Positions 28,570 through 38,923 of a stretch of DNA of 64,000 nt are shown piece after piece (the stretch's first letter is position 1; each line of letters begins with the position of its first letter). The stretch comes from an uncultured Clostridia bacterium (GTDB taxonomy: Bacteria; Acidobacteriota; Blastocatellia; UBA7656). The stretch spans positions 287,527-351,526 of the forward strand of contig CAZTUB010000004.1 of assembly GCA_964615905.1 (NCBI GenBank), in the 5' to 3' direction. The translations under genes were made by a program, and so were the position numbers. Under the pieces are notes generated by a model. That model was not told the DNA's origin. It was given only the letters and a program-made list of their open reading frames with translations, and ran no database searches.

Positions 28570-29532
28570 CTAATCGCCGAGAGCAGACTTAAGGAACTGG
28601 TCTACGCGGCTTACGTAGAGCGCGGGCGCGGCCTGGTATGCGTGGCCGTGTATGTTGGATTGGTCCGCGTCAACTATCAAGAGATCGCGTTTGGGGCTTT
28701 CCGACGCTTCGTAAAGCCGCCGGGCGATGTCAGGCGGCATACGTTTATCGCTCGCCCCGGCTATGAACATCACAGGCCGCGGGCCGAGACTTTTGACCGC
28801 TTCGACTGCGCTCAGCTCGGAGCCGTCAAAACCCGCCCGCCGCTCTATGAAGAACCTCGTCACGTTCGCAAGAGGGAAGGCCGGGAGCCGCAAAAAGAGC
28901 GACACGTGGTGGCTCGTCGTGTCCTCGAATGAGAGGAACGCGCTGTCGGAGATGACCGCCTTGACTTCATCGGTTTCGGCCGCTGCCCGAAGCGCGGTGA
29001 CCGCTCCGAGCGATATGCCGTAAAGCGCAATTGAGTCCGCAGACTTTTCGGACTCGCGCAGGTATCGGATCGCCGCCCGAACGTCCTGCTTTTCAAAATA
29101 GCCGAGGCTCACAGTCGCGGCCCCGCTCTCGCCGTGGTTGCGCGCGTCATAAAGAAGCGCCCCGTAGCCGAGTTGCCACAAATCTACTGCGCGCTGCAAA
29201 AGCTCGCGCCTGGACCTGAAAAGCCCGTGCGAATAGATTATCGTCGCGCGCTTCCCGCGAGACGGCAGAAGCCACCCCGACAGCCTGACGCCGTCTTCGG
29301 TCTGGAATTCAACGTCGCGGTACTGTGCTCCGTAACTCGCGGGCGTGTCGGTCAACTGCCTGTCCATCGAGCGGGTCTTGGCCGTCGTTACAACCGAAGC
29401 CATCCAGTATGGGAAGACCCCGTACACCAAAACGACCGCGATGATTATCAAGGTTATAGCCACTCGTTTGACGATGCGCCACCAGCGGCGCTGTTTCGGC
29501 TTTGGCTTTTCTTGCGCGATTGGAGAAGTCAT
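28570..29532 (-). CDS. Membrane-anchored alpha/beta-fold hydrolase
   Basis: N-terminal TM helix, a GxSxG nucleophile elbow (YGISLGA) and YSHGLFRSR. Confidence 0.7.
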   Translation of the reverse strand: MTSPIAQEKPKPKQRRWWRIVKRVAITLIIIAVVLVYGVFPYWMASVVTTAKTRSMDRQLTDTPASYGAQYRDVEFQTEDGVRLSGWLLPSRGKRATIIYSHGLFRSRRELLQRAVDLWQLGYGALLYDARNHGESGAATVSLGYFEKQDVRAAIRYLRESEKSADSIALYGISLGAVTALRAAAETDEVKAVISDSAFLSFEDTTSHHVSLFLRLPAFPLANVTRFFIERRAGFDGSELSAVEAVKSLGPRPVMFIAGASDKRMPPDIARRLYEASESPKRDLLIVDADQSNIHGHAYQAAPALYVSRVDQFLKSALGD

Positions 29533-29558
29533 ATCGACGCGCTCACTTCAATCATCTC

Positions 29559-30251
29559 CTATTTGAACTCGACCGAGTTGACGAAGGCCATGAAGTCCTG
29601 TTCGTGCCGGGCCACGGTCTTTTCCGTGCCGACGAGCTTGAAAAAGTACGGCCCCTTCGGCGTCTCGACGACGGCGGCGCGCATCCTTGAATTCGGCTTG
29701 TTCTGCCGGTCGCCTGACCCGGGGCTCATCTCTGCGGTGTAGACTCCCGTCAGATCGAGAAGCGTCACGTTGAGCCCGTTCACTTTTATTCGGCTCGTCC
29801 GCGCCTTGTCTCTGGAAGAGCCGCCGTCGGGCTGCTGCATCTGCCCGACCCAGCGGTCGAGGTTCGCTTCGATAGAGCCGCCCTGCCCCTGGCCGAAATA
29901 GAAGAGCACAAGCGAGGCGTCTTCCGCATCGCCCACGGCCTTTGGCAGACGGAACTGCGCAACACGCATGCTCGAAGTCGGTTGTTCCTTGATCCAGGCG
30001 GAAGGCGTCTTGTATGTCAAATCTCCCGCGACGTTTGTCGCCTGCGCGCTCGCGGCGGGCGCGGCAGGCGGCATCGAAGGCGCAGACGCGGCCGGTGCGG
30101 ACGCGGGCGCGCTGTTGGCCGGGAGCCTTTGAGGCGGCTCGCCGCAGGACCAGCAGAAGACTGCCGCGAGCCCTGCCGCGCTCGCTCCCAGGCCCGCTCG
30201 CTTTAATGACCGAGAGATACTCGATACCCTCTCTAAAATATTAACGGTCAT
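29559..30251 (-). CDS. Secreted/lipoprotein hypothetical with Ala/Pro-rich linker
   Basis: A signal-like N-terminus is followed by a PASAPAASAPSMPPAAPAAS linker. Confidence 0.4.
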   Translation of the reverse strand: MTVNILERVSSISRSLKRAGLGASAAGLAAVFCWSCGEPPQRLPANSAPASAPAASAPSMPPAAPAASAQATNVAGDLTYKTPSAWIKEQPTSSMRVAQFRLPKAVGDAEDASLVLFYFGQGQGGSIEANLDRWVGQMQQPDGGSSRDKARTSRIKVNGLNVTLLDLTGVYTAEMSPGSGDRQNKPNSRMRAAVVETPKGPYFFKLVGTEKTVARHEQDFMAFVNSVEFK

Positions 30252-30485
30252 GCTTCTTTATCCCTTCTAACCCCTTTCAGTTGATCTTAATTATACCTGC
30301 GACAATTGGTTATACATCATTTGGCCGGTTTGAGGTAGCCGTCAGGCGTTCTTGCCTGTCGCCGTTTGACGGACGGAATTTGTTGAGCGCAGCACGAATA
30401 AGATATAGAATCCGGTCCGCCTCTCGTTCAAGGTCAGTTGCAGCGCAAGACCTGCGTCATACAAAGCCGATTGGAGCAAGCCGTC

Positions 30486-31097
30486 ATGTGGGAAACGTTT
30501 TCAAACGCGAGCGCATTCTCTCTTTTTCTAGGCATAGGGGCTCTCGGTTTTCTCTTCCTGCTAGCCTCGTTCTTGCTCGGAGAGGTTTCTCACGTCTTCG
30601 ATTCCGGCCACAATCTTGAGCACGATCTTGAGCACGACCTGGACCACGACGACGGGCCGGGGTTTTTTAACACCAGGGTCATAAGCATATTTTTGACGGC
30701 GTTCGGCGGCATTGGCGCTTTGATGGTATCGCGCGGCTTTGGCGCGGTCGCGGGCTCGATATTCGGCCTTGCGGGCGGGCTGGTATTCGGTTTCGCCGTC
30801 TACCTGTTCGCGCGATTTCTCTACTCGCAGCAGGCGTCGAGCCTTATCGACTCGTCAGACCTCGTCGGGCTGAGGGCTAAAGTAATCGTCGATATACCCG
30901 AAGGCGGCTCCGGTCAGGTTCGCTGCATCGTCGGCGAGAGCATGGTCGAAAAGATAGCGCGGTCGGTCGACGGCTCGGCGATACCTCACGACTCGACAGT
31001 GCTTGTAGAGAGTATTTCGGGCGAGAGCGTCGTCGTGAGCCCGTGGTCGGCCGACGAGCGGAGCCGAGGATTATTTTACGCGAACCGTGAACCGTAA
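30486..31097 (+). CDS. NfeD-like membrane protein (OB-fold C-terminus) with His/Asp-rich loop
   Basis: TM helices plus a C-terminal OB-like region (GLRAKVIVDIPEGGSGQVRCIVGE...VVVSP). It is positioned directly upstream of flotillin. Confidence 0.65.
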   Translation: MWETFSNASAFSLFLGIGALGFLFLLASFLLGEVSHVFDSGHNLEHDLEHDLDHDDGPGFFNTRVISIFLTAFGGIGALMVSRGFGAVAGSIFGLAGGLVFGFAVYLFARFLYSQQASSLIDSSDLVGLRAKVIVDIPEGGSGQVRCIVGESMVEKIARSVDGSAIPHDSTVLVESISGESVVVSPWSADERSRGLFYANREP

Positions 31098-31173
31098 ACC
31101 GTGACAAGTCAGATGACCCCGGCTTGTGCCCGATCTGACTTGTCACGGTTTACGGTTCACGGTTTACGATTCC
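31083..31173. repeat. Palindromic heptamer-based repeat element, copy B (perfect 32-bp inverted repeat 31083-31114 / 31133-31164)
   Basis: aaccgtgaaccgtaaaccgtgacaagtcagat and its exact reverse complement are separated by an 18-nt loop. The element encodes the last residues and the TAA stop of the NfeD-like gene. Confidence 0.85.
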
Positions 31174-31207
31174 CAGAATGGTTCACGATCCTCAAGGAGA
31201 CAAAGCA

Positions 31208-32794
31208 ATGAATATTGAAGGATTGATACCGATATTATCGACCGCAGCAGCGATAGTCTTCGTGCTGATGATCGTCTTGTGGCTTATCAGCTCGAATTAT
31301 ATAAAGGTTCCGCCCAACGAAGCGGCAGTCTTTTCGGGTCGCAAGCGCAAGCTGGGCGACGGGCGAACGGTCGGCTACAGGGTCGTACGCGGGGGCGCTG
31401 CGCTGCGCATCCCGCTGCTTGAGAAGGTCGATTACCTGTCGTTGAATCTAATAACGATACCGCTTGAGATTCGCCGCGCCTACACGGTCAAAGGCGTGCC
31501 GGTCTCTGTAAAGGCCGTCGCAAACGTAAAGATAAAAGGCGACGACCTTTCGCTCCAGGCCGCAAGCGAGCGGTTCCTTGGCATGACGCCGCCCGAATTG
31601 CAGAAGGTTATCTTCCAGACTCTCGAAGGCCACCTCCGCGCGATTCTCGGCACGCTCACGGTCGAAGAGATCAACAACGACCGCCAGAGCTTCGCGCAAA
31701 AACTGACAAGCGAGGCGGCCACGGACCTTGAGCGCATGGGCATAGGCGTCGACGTTTTGATCATCCAGGAGATCAGCGATGAGGAAGGCTACCTCGACGC
31801 TTTGGGCAAGCGCCGCACCGCCGAGGTCAAACGCGACGCGCAGATCGGCGAGGCCGAGGCCACGCGCGATTCGAAGATTCAAGCATCGCTCGCTATGCAG
31901 GAAGGCGAGAAGGTCAAGCTCGATTCCGAAGCCAACATCTCGCTTGCCACGCGCGATATGGAGGTCAAGAAGGCGCAGTACCAGGCAGAGATTCAGCGCG
32001 AGCGTTCGACGGCAGAACAGGCGGGCCCTCTTTCATCCGCACGCGCTCGCCAGGCGGTCGTTGCCGAAGAGGTGCGCATCGAAAAGATTCGCACTCAGGA
32101 GCAGATTTCAGTTCAAGAGCAAGAGATATTGAGGCGTGAGAAAGAGCTTGAGGCGACGGTAGTAAAACCCGCGGACGCGCAACGGACCGCCGCCGTGATG
32201 AAGAGCGAAGCCGCGAAACAGTCGGCCATCCTGGAAGCCGAAGGCCGTCGCGCCGCGCTTATCGCCATCGCCGAAGCCGAGCAGGAGCGATTGAAACAAG
32301 AAGGGCTTGGCCGCGCAGCAGCAATCGAAGCCGAAGGACGAGCCGAGGCCTCCAAGATCGAAGCGATTGGTCTTGCGCAGGCCAAGTCAATCGAAGCGCA
32401 GGGGCTTGCCGAAGCCGCCGCGATCTTAAAGAAGGCCGACGCTTGGAAAGAGTTCAACGAAGCGGCCAGGCTGCAAACGGTGCTTGAAAGACTTCCCGCC
32501 ATCATCGAAGCCTCCGCGCCCGTATTCAGCGCGGTCGCCGCCCCGCTCGGCAACATCGACAAGGTTGTTGTTATCGAGCAGGGGAACGGCTCTAACGGCA
32601 ACGGCCAGAGCGGCGTTGCGCGGTTCGCAAACACCGCCCCCTCCGTAGTCTTTGGCCTGTTGCAGCAGCTTGAATCGCTTGGCCTCGACGTGCCCGGATT
32701 GCTCTCTCAACTCGGCGTCAATAAGAATACCGCTCCAGTCGTCCCTGCGGTCGAGACGACCGCCGTCACTCGTGTTGACGCAATCGAAAGCTGA
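31208..32794 (+). CDS. Flotillin (SPFH/band-7 domain protein)
   Basis: AGGAGA lies before the ATG. The protein has an N-terminal TM helix, an SPFH domain (YIKVPPNEAAVFSGRKRK...) and a long Ala/Glu-rich coiled coil. Confidence 0.85.
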   Translation: MNIEGLIPILSTAAAIVFVLMIVLWLISSNYIKVPPNEAAVFSGRKRKLGDGRTVGYRVVRGGAALRIPLLEKVDYLSLNLITIPLEIRRAYTVKGVPVSVKAVANVKIKGDDLSLQAASERFLGMTPPELQKVIFQTLEGHLRAILGTLTVEEINNDRQSFAQKLTSEAATDLERMGIGVDVLIIQEISDEEGYLDALGKRRTAEVKRDAQIGEAEATRDSKIQASLAMQEGEKVKLDSEANISLATRDMEVKKAQYQAEIQRERSTAEQAGPLSSARARQAVVAEEVRIEKIRTQEQISVQEQEILRREKELEATVVKPADAQRTAAVMKSEAAKQSAILEAEGRRAALIAIAEAEQERLKQEGLGRAAAIEAEGRAEASKIEAIGLAQAKSIEAQGLAEAAAILKKADAWKEFNEAARLQTVLERLPAIIEASAPVFSAVAAPLGNIDKVVVIEQGNGSNGNGQSGVARFANTAPSVVFGLLQQLESLGLDVPGLLSQLGVNKNTAPVVPAVETTAVTRVDAIES

Positions 32795-32805
32795 TCCGAG
32801 AAAGC

Positions 32806-32835
32806 TCCAGGGGCAGACGGTCTACTCTGCCCCTG
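32806..32835. terminator. Stem-loop between convergent genes (candidate bidirectional terminator)
   Basis: ccaggggcaga-cggtctac-tctgcccctgg is an 11-bp GC-rich stem. Confidence 0.5.
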
Positions 32836-32854
32836 GGTATATCATTAACGAAAC

Positions 32855-35326
32855 CTATTCGTACCTGAGCGCGACCATCGGGTCTACCTTCGTCGCCCGT
32901 CGCGCTGGCAGGTAACACGCCAGGAGCGCAACCCCGGCCAGCAACGCGGCTCCACCAGCGAAGGTCCAGGGGTCGGTCGCGCCTACGCCGAACAACATGC
33001 TCGACATCAACCGCGTCAGTCCGTAGGCAGCGGCCAAGCCGATCACGATACCGACGAGCGTCAAGATCATTCCATGCCCAACTATGAGCTTGAGCACGTC
33101 GGAGGACTGGGCTCCGAGGGCGACGCGGATGCCAATCTCGTGTGTGCTCTGGCTGACCGAACACGAGATCACGCCGTAAAGCCCGACCGCCGTCAGGATC
33201 AGCGCCACACCCGAAAATAGACCCAGCAGCAGCGTATTGAATCGCGGGGTGGCGACCGACCGGCCGAGAAGTTCTTCGACCGTCCTGACATCATAAACCG
33301 GAGCGTTCTTGTCGAGCGTATGGACAACGTCGCGCGCGGCGTTGACGAGCGAGTGCGGGTCGGCGGCTGTGCGCGCAACTACGGTCATCGCGGACATCGG
33401 CATTTGCGCCTGCGCGAAATAGATCTCGGGTTGGGGCGAGCCTTGCAGGTTCTGGTGCTTGACGTCGCCGACCACGCCGACCACCTCGCGCATGCCGGTT
33501 CCTTCACTTCCGTCATTGACCGGCACTGAGGAAAAGCCCGGACTGATGCGCTTGCCGATGGGGTCCTCGTTCGGGAAATGCTTGCGAGCCAGCGCCTCGT
33601 TGATAATCAGCACCCGCGGCGCGCTCAGGTCGTCCCGCTCCGTGAATTCGCGCCCCCTGATGATGGGGATGCCCATAGTGCGGAAGTACTCAGGGCTGAC
33701 CGAGTGGATTATGCCCATAGTTGGGTTGGCCGGATCAACCGGCTGCCCCTCGATCTCAAGACCCGTGCTGCCACCTCTGCCGCTGAGCGGCAGTTGGAAG
33801 ACGACGCTGGCGTTGACGACGCCGGGCAGGGCTTTCAACCGCTCGGTGAGTTGCCGGTAGAAGTCGGCGATCTGCGGTGGGCCGGTTGTGCTGTCAACTG
33901 ACATTGCGACGTTGAACGTGAGTACGTTGCGCGACTCAAACCCCGGCGCAACCTGCTGAAGCCGGACGAGGCTCTGGACCAGCAGGCCCGCCCCGACGAG
34001 TAATACGAGCGCGAGCGCGATCTCGACGACCAGCAGCAGGCTTCGCGTCCGGCTCGTGTGAAAACCGCCCGTCGAGCTTCGACCCCCTTCTTTGAGTGAC
34101 ACCGCCAGATTTGTCCTGGAGACGATAAGCGCCGGGGCCAGCCCGAAGGCGATGCCGGTGGCCAGGGAGACCAGGGCAGTGAAGGCCAGGACGCGCGCGT
34201 CGAGTCGCGTTTCGCCAAACCGCGTTAGAGTTTCAGGGCTGAGCTGGACGATCAGATCGGTCCCCCATACTGCCAGTGCCGTACCCACGACCCCGCCTAC
34301 GCCTGCCAGCAGGACGCTCTCGGTCAGGAATTGGCGTGTGATGCGCCAGCGGCCCGCGCCGAGCGCCAGCCGCACGTTGATCTCGCGCTGTCGGCTGATT
34401 GCGCGTTCGAGCAAGAGGTTGGCCACATTCACGCACGCTATCAGCAGCACGAACCCGACCGCTCCTAACAAGAGCAGTAACGTGGGCCGCAGATTCCCAA
34501 CCATCGATTCGAGCAGCGGAAGGACCTTGATGCCGAGCTCGTTATTGATATCCGGGAACTGCTGGGCAAGGTTGGCGGCGATCAAGTCTACTTCCATCTG
34601 TGCCGCCTGCGGCGTGACGCCGGGTTTCAGCCGACCGATCACACGCCAACCGCGATAACCGCGCGCGGCCATGATCGAGCCGGGGCCAACCCGTTCGGAA
34701 TCCCGCGCGGTCGAAACCCACACTTGAGTGGGCTGGGCCTGAATCGGGAACACGAATTCGGCAGGCATGACCCCGACGACCGTAAAGCTCGTGTTGTCGA
34801 GGCTGACTGCGCGCCCGACCACAGCCGGGTCGCCCGCGAAGTGCCGCTGCCAGCATTCCCAGCTCAGGATCGCCGGGCGACCCTCGCTGCCGCCCCCGGC
34901 CTTGTCTTCGTCAGGCAGGAAATTACGCCCCACAACCGGCGACACGCCTAGCAGCGGGAACAGGTCGGCTGTGACGATGGTGCCGCGAAGCAGCACCGCC
35001 TCGTGCTGCCCCGTGAGCGTGAAGTTGGAGTTGTAATATGCCGCGAGCCGCTCGAACGAATCACTCTGATCGCGCACGTCGACGAAGTTGCGGAAAGAGA
35101 AGTTCGACAAGGCCGTGCGGTTGCTGGGGGTGTTCTGCCCCGCAGCCATCAGCCTGTCCGATTCCGCGAACGGCAGCGGGTTGAGCAGGACGGCGTTGAC
35201 GACGCTGAAGATCGCCGTGTTCGCTCCGATCCCCAGTGCGAGTGTGAGCACCGCGATGACTGTAAAGCCGGGCTTTTTCAGTAACATCCGCGCGCCAAAG
35301 CGCAAGTCTTGCAAGATATTTTCCAT
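32855..35326 (-). CDS. FtsX-like ABC transporter permease with two TM bundles (MacB-like periplasmic domain); resembles the acidobacterial duplicated orphan permease (ADOP) family
   Basis: MENILQDLRFGARMLLKKPGFTVIAVLTLALGIGANTAIFSVVNAVLL resembles the ADOP-type N-terminus. The protein is 823 aa with a duplicated FtsX-like 4-TM module. Confidence 0.85.
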   Translation of the reverse strand: MENILQDLRFGARMLLKKPGFTVIAVLTLALGIGANTAIFSVVNAVLLNPLPFAESDRLMAAGQNTPSNRTALSNFSFRNFVDVRDQSDSFERLAAYYNSNFTLTGQHEAVLLRGTIVTADLFPLLGVSPVVGRNFLPDEDKAGGGSEGRPAILSWECWQRHFAGDPAVVGRAVSLDNTSFTVVGVMPAEFVFPIQAQPTQVWVSTARDSERVGPGSIMAARGYRGWRVIGRLKPGVTPQAAQMEVDLIAANLAQQFPDINNELGIKVLPLLESMVGNLRPTLLLLLGAVGFVLLIACVNVANLLLERAISRQREINVRLALGAGRWRITRQFLTESVLLAGVGGVVGTALAVWGTDLIVQLSPETLTRFGETRLDARVLAFTALVSLATGIAFGLAPALIVSRTNLAVSLKEGGRSSTGGFHTSRTRSLLLVVEIALALVLLVGAGLLVQSLVRLQQVAPGFESRNVLTFNVAMSVDSTTGPPQIADFYRQLTERLKALPGVVNASVVFQLPLSGRGGSTGLEIEGQPVDPANPTMGIIHSVSPEYFRTMGIPIIRGREFTERDDLSAPRVLIINEALARKHFPNEDPIGKRISPGFSSVPVNDGSEGTGMREVVGVVGDVKHQNLQGSPQPEIYFAQAQMPMSAMTVVARTAADPHSLVNAARDVVHTLDKNAPVYDVRTVEELLGRSVATPRFNTLLLGLFSGVALILTAVGLYGVISCSVSQSTHEIGIRVALGAQSSDVLKLIVGHGMILTLVGIVIGLAAAYGLTRLMSSMLFGVGATDPWTFAGGAALLAGVALLACYLPARRATKVDPMVALRYE

Positions 35327-35729
35327 CGAATCACCTCACCATCTCTTGACTGATCCCACAATCTTTTAAACACCCTTCATCACAGCCTAATCAACTCTTA
35401 TGCCGTCGCCACCACAGACTTTAAGTAAAGAAATAACAGAGGCGATCATCGAAATTGAGATCGGTACCAGGGTCGTAGTGTCCGTTTGTGGGATTGACTG
35501 TTCACAATCACGTTACTATTCAAGCTCTGGCGCCGCACCGAAAACTGGTAGCAGCAACGGGCTACGGCTAATTGACAATTCGCCCCGCCCTGCATTAGAG
35601 TCCACACGCCTACTCACTTCACGCTCGCCACGCTGCGCTTACCGGTAGGCAGTCAATGGCAGACGACATACCCTTTCAGGTTCTTGCGCATATACCAGAC
35701 GCGGTTCTACCCATCCAGCGAAAGGAGAC

Positions 35730-36695
35730 TTGAACATGAAATATGGACGAATAATCCTCGCAGCTCCCCTGTTGTTAATCACCCTCTCGATATTCGCACA
35801 CGTCGCCGAGGCGCAGGCGTTAAGGACGTTTGTCGCGTCCGACGGCAAGGATAACAATACGTGTGTCAGCCTGGACAAGCCCTGCCTTACCATCAGCGCG
35901 GCACTGTCGAAGGTACAGGCCGGAGGCGAAGTAGTCGTTCTCGATTCCGGCAATTACCAGCCGCTGACAATCAATAAGGCTGTCGACATCGTTGCCGCCC
36001 CAGGCGCGCATCCGGGCATAGGCGTTACCACCGGCGTGGGCGTAACCGTAAGCGCGGGGCCGAGTGACGTGGTTCTTCTGCGCGGACTGAGGATCATCTC
36101 TCAGGGCGGGTCGAGGGGGGTTCATTTCCTATCCGGCAGGGCATTGCACGTAGAAAACTGCTCCATCAGCGGTTTTACCCCATTGCCTAGCGACTGCTGC
36201 ACGGATGGCATTCTTGTAAATACCGCGTCCACACTTGTCGTCAAAGATACGACCGTAAGAAATAATTTTAACGGCATCCGAATCTTCACCTCCCAGTCCG
36301 CGCTGATCGAGCACGGCCGGATCGAGAGTAACACCAACGGCTTGTGGGCTGAAGATGTGGCGAGAGTTACGATCAGCGACAGCGTCGTGGCAGGGAACGG
36401 GTCAGGTATCACTTCGTTTGTCGGCACATTCGGAACTCCTTCGGGTGCGACAGAGATCAATGTGGAGAACTGTCGCGTGACCGGCAATATCCAGGGCCTG
36501 CAATCGACAGGGAGGCCGGGCGATAACACTACGCTGTGGACCCTCATACGGGTTTCAAACACGACCGTGGCCAGCAACTTTCAAGGTCTGGCGGTAGGGA
36601 CCGCTGGCAGCGCGCGGCTCTCTTCGCGAGGAAATAACACCGTGGAAGGGAACAACATCGACGGCGCTTTTACGGACCTGTTTGTGGCGAAATAG
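35730..36695 (+). CDS. Secreted right-handed beta-helix repeat protein
   Basis: Signal peptide present. Repeated beta-helix turn motifs (VVVLDSGNY, NCSISGF, TTVRNNFNGIRIF, SVVAGNGSGI). Confidence 0.6.
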   Translation: MNMKYGRIILAAPLLLITLSIFAHVAEAQALRTFVASDGKDNNTCVSLDKPCLTISAALSKVQAGGEVVVLDSGNYQPLTINKAVDIVAAPGAHPGIGVTTGVGVTVSAGPSDVVLLRGLRIISQGGSRGVHFLSGRALHVENCSISGFTPLPSDCCTDGILVNTASTLVVKDTTVRNNFNGIRIFTSQSALIEHGRIESNTNGLWAEDVARVTISDSVVAGNGSGITSFVGTFGTPSGATEINVENCRVTGNIQGLQSTGRPGDNTTLWTLIRVSNTTVASNFQGLAVGTAGSARLSSRGNNTVEGNNIDGAFTDLFVAK

Positions 36696-36716
36696 GGGCG
36701 GCCTGCCGGTAAGAGG

Positions 36717-37958
36717 TTACACCGTCTCTTCTGAAGCTACCGGCTCTCTCATAAGAAATATGCACACGGCTGCGCCGAGCGTCACTATACCGCTAAACAA
36801 TCCGACCGCCAGGTACCCTGAGCCGTCGTAAAGCTGGCCGCTCACCATCGTCGAGACGGCTATCCCTATCTGCGAAGCGGTGTTTCGCACGGCGACAAGC
36901 GCGCCGCGAGCGCGGCGCGGCACGAACTCTGTCGCCAGCGCCTGCAACGGCCCCTGTCTGAATGCAAACGCGAGGCTCGCCGTGAGGAAGGCCGCGAACA
37001 GCGCGACCCCCCATCCGAGCGTTGGTATCAAACAGAGCATTGCCGCGAGCAGTACCGTGCTTATGATCGACAGCCCGCGCTTGCCGAACTTGTCCGCGAT
37101 TGGCCCTGCGACAAGCGCGCCGATGAGCGACGCCACGCCTACCGCGATGAAGAAGTAGCCGACAGTGCGCGTCGTCAGCCCCACGCTCTTTGTCAGCCAC
37201 GAGCCGAGATAAAATATGAACCCGACAAACCCTGCCGAGACAAAAAAAGCCGCGAAGACAGAAGCCACACGCTCGCGGCTCTCGAATATCATCCTAAGGT
37301 TGTCGAACCGGCGCGCGACCCTCTGAGACAGGTCCTGGTCGACCATCTGGTGTTTATCTTCCGGCAGCATCAGGAGGACCAGCAGGAATGCCGCCGCAGA
37401 CAACGCGCCGAAGAAGGCGAAGCTTGTGCGCCACCCGCTCCACTCCGCGAGCAGCGACGCGACCGGCACTCCCAGAACCAGCGCGAGAAAATAGCCCGCC
37501 TGAACGACGCTCATCGCAACGCCGCGCCGTTTGTAAGGGAAGTAGTCGGCAACGTAAGCAATCGAGCAGGTAGAAAATGTGCCCGCCGAAAATCCTGTGA
37601 GCAGCCTGACTGCTGCCAGCACACGAAGGTCCTCGATCACGGAGACGGCGATGAGCGAAACCCCGAATAGTATCGAGGCGTAGAGCAAGAATCTCCGCCG
37701 CCCATACTTATCCGAGACAGGACCGACGACGAATGCAGCCACCGCCGCTGCAATCGCGTAAGCGGGCCCCATCAACTCTCCGGCCGTGCCGACTTCGACT
37801 CCGAAATCTCGCGCGATCAGCGGCAACAGCGGCGAGATCATCTGGTTGTCGCTGGTTCCCAGGAAAAATATCAGCAACAGGATTGCCATCACGACGCCTG
37901 CTCGCCCTGTCGCTTGCGGAGCGGCGTCGTCCGGGGTTTCGTCTTGTGGTGATGTCAT
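36717..37958 (-). CDS. MFS transporter
   Basis: 12 TM segments and a GPVSDKYGRRR loop motif. Confidence 0.8.
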   Translation of the reverse strand: MTSPQDETPDDAAPQATGRAGVVMAILLLIFFLGTSDNQMISPLLPLIARDFGVEVGTAGELMGPAYAIAAAVAAFVVGPVSDKYGRRRFLLYASILFGVSLIAVSVIEDLRVLAAVRLLTGFSAGTFSTCSIAYVADYFPYKRRGVAMSVVQAGYFLALVLGVPVASLLAEWSGWRTSFAFFGALSAAAFLLVLLMLPEDKHQMVDQDLSQRVARRFDNLRMIFESRERVASVFAAFFVSAGFVGFIFYLGSWLTKSVGLTTRTVGYFFIAVGVASLIGALVAGPIADKFGKRGLSIISTVLLAAMLCLIPTLGWGVALFAAFLTASLAFAFRQGPLQALATEFVPRRARGALVAVRNTASQIGIAVSTMVSGQLYDGSGYLAVGLFSGIVTLGAAVCIFLMREPVASEETV

Positions 37959-38097
37959 GAAAAGTCGTCGGGGCCATCAGCTCGAATCTGCCGGTTTGCG
38001 CTTACCGGCCACCAGCCGATGCTAGAAGAACCGACCTGCTATGTCAATGACGCGAAAAGGCGTGGTAGAATCTCCGTCAACAGAAGGGCCGAAACGC

Positions 38098-38859
38098 ATG
38101 AGGCTAACGATACTTGGGTCAGGGACGGTGGTGCCGAACGGGGCGAGAAACTCGTCGGGGTATTTTCTCGAATCGACCGACGTTCGCCTGATGATGGACT
38201 GCGGCGCGGGCACGCTGCACGCGCTTGCTCGCTACGGCATGCCGTGGCAAGAGATGACCCACCTCTTCGTCAGCCACTTTCACGTAGACCACATAGGCGA
38301 GCTTGCCTCGCTCTTTTTCGCCTTCAAGCATGGGATGCGGGGCGGTCGCGAAAAGCCTTTGACGCTCATCGGGCCACAGACGCTTGACCGTGTGATGGCG
38401 GGGTTGAAGCAGGCTTTCGGCGGCAACCTGTTCGAGCCAAAATTCCCTGTGGAAGTACGCCTGCTCGCTCCGGGTGAGCGTATACGAGTGGGCGCGCACA
38501 GCTATCTTTCAGTCGCAAAGACTCCGCACACGAATGAGAGCCTCGCGGTCAGAATCGATTCCGGCAACCGCTCGGTCTGCTATACCGGCGACACAGCCTA
38601 TTCGGATGAGCTAGCAGGGTTCTTTACCAAAGCCGATCTTCTGGTATCGGAGTGCTCGTTTCGAGAGAGGCGCGAAGACGTGCGGCATCTGGCCATCAGC
38701 GATGCGGCGCGGCTCGCTTCACAGTCAGAGGCGCGAAGGCTTGTAGTCACCCATTTCTATTTCGACGTTGATGAAGATGAGTTGAGGCAAGAGCTTGCGC
38801 GAGGGTTTAGCGGTGAAGTGCTCATAGGCCGCGACGGCTTGAGCCTGGAAGTCGATTAG
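38098..38859 (+). CDS. Metallo-beta-lactamase-fold hydrolase (RNase Z/ElaC-like)
   Basis: MRLTILGSGT, HFHVDHIGEL (HxHxDH) and a distal His/Asp. Confidence 0.75.
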   Translation: MRLTILGSGTVVPNGARNSSGYFLESTDVRLMMDCGAGTLHALARYGMPWQEMTHLFVSHFHVDHIGELASLFFAFKHGMRGGREKPLTLIGPQTLDRVMAGLKQAFGGNLFEPKFPVEVRLLAPGERIRVGAHSYLSVAKTPHTNESLAVRIDSGNRSVCYTGDTAYSDELAGFFTKADLLVSECSFRERREDVRHLAISDAARLASQSEARRLVVTHFYFDVDEDELRQELARGFSGEVLIGRDGLSLEVD

Positions 38860-38923
38860 CTCAAGATTCGGCCTCGCGGTAAAAATTTATCGGCAAAAAA
38901 AGCCGTCATCCATGATCTAAATA

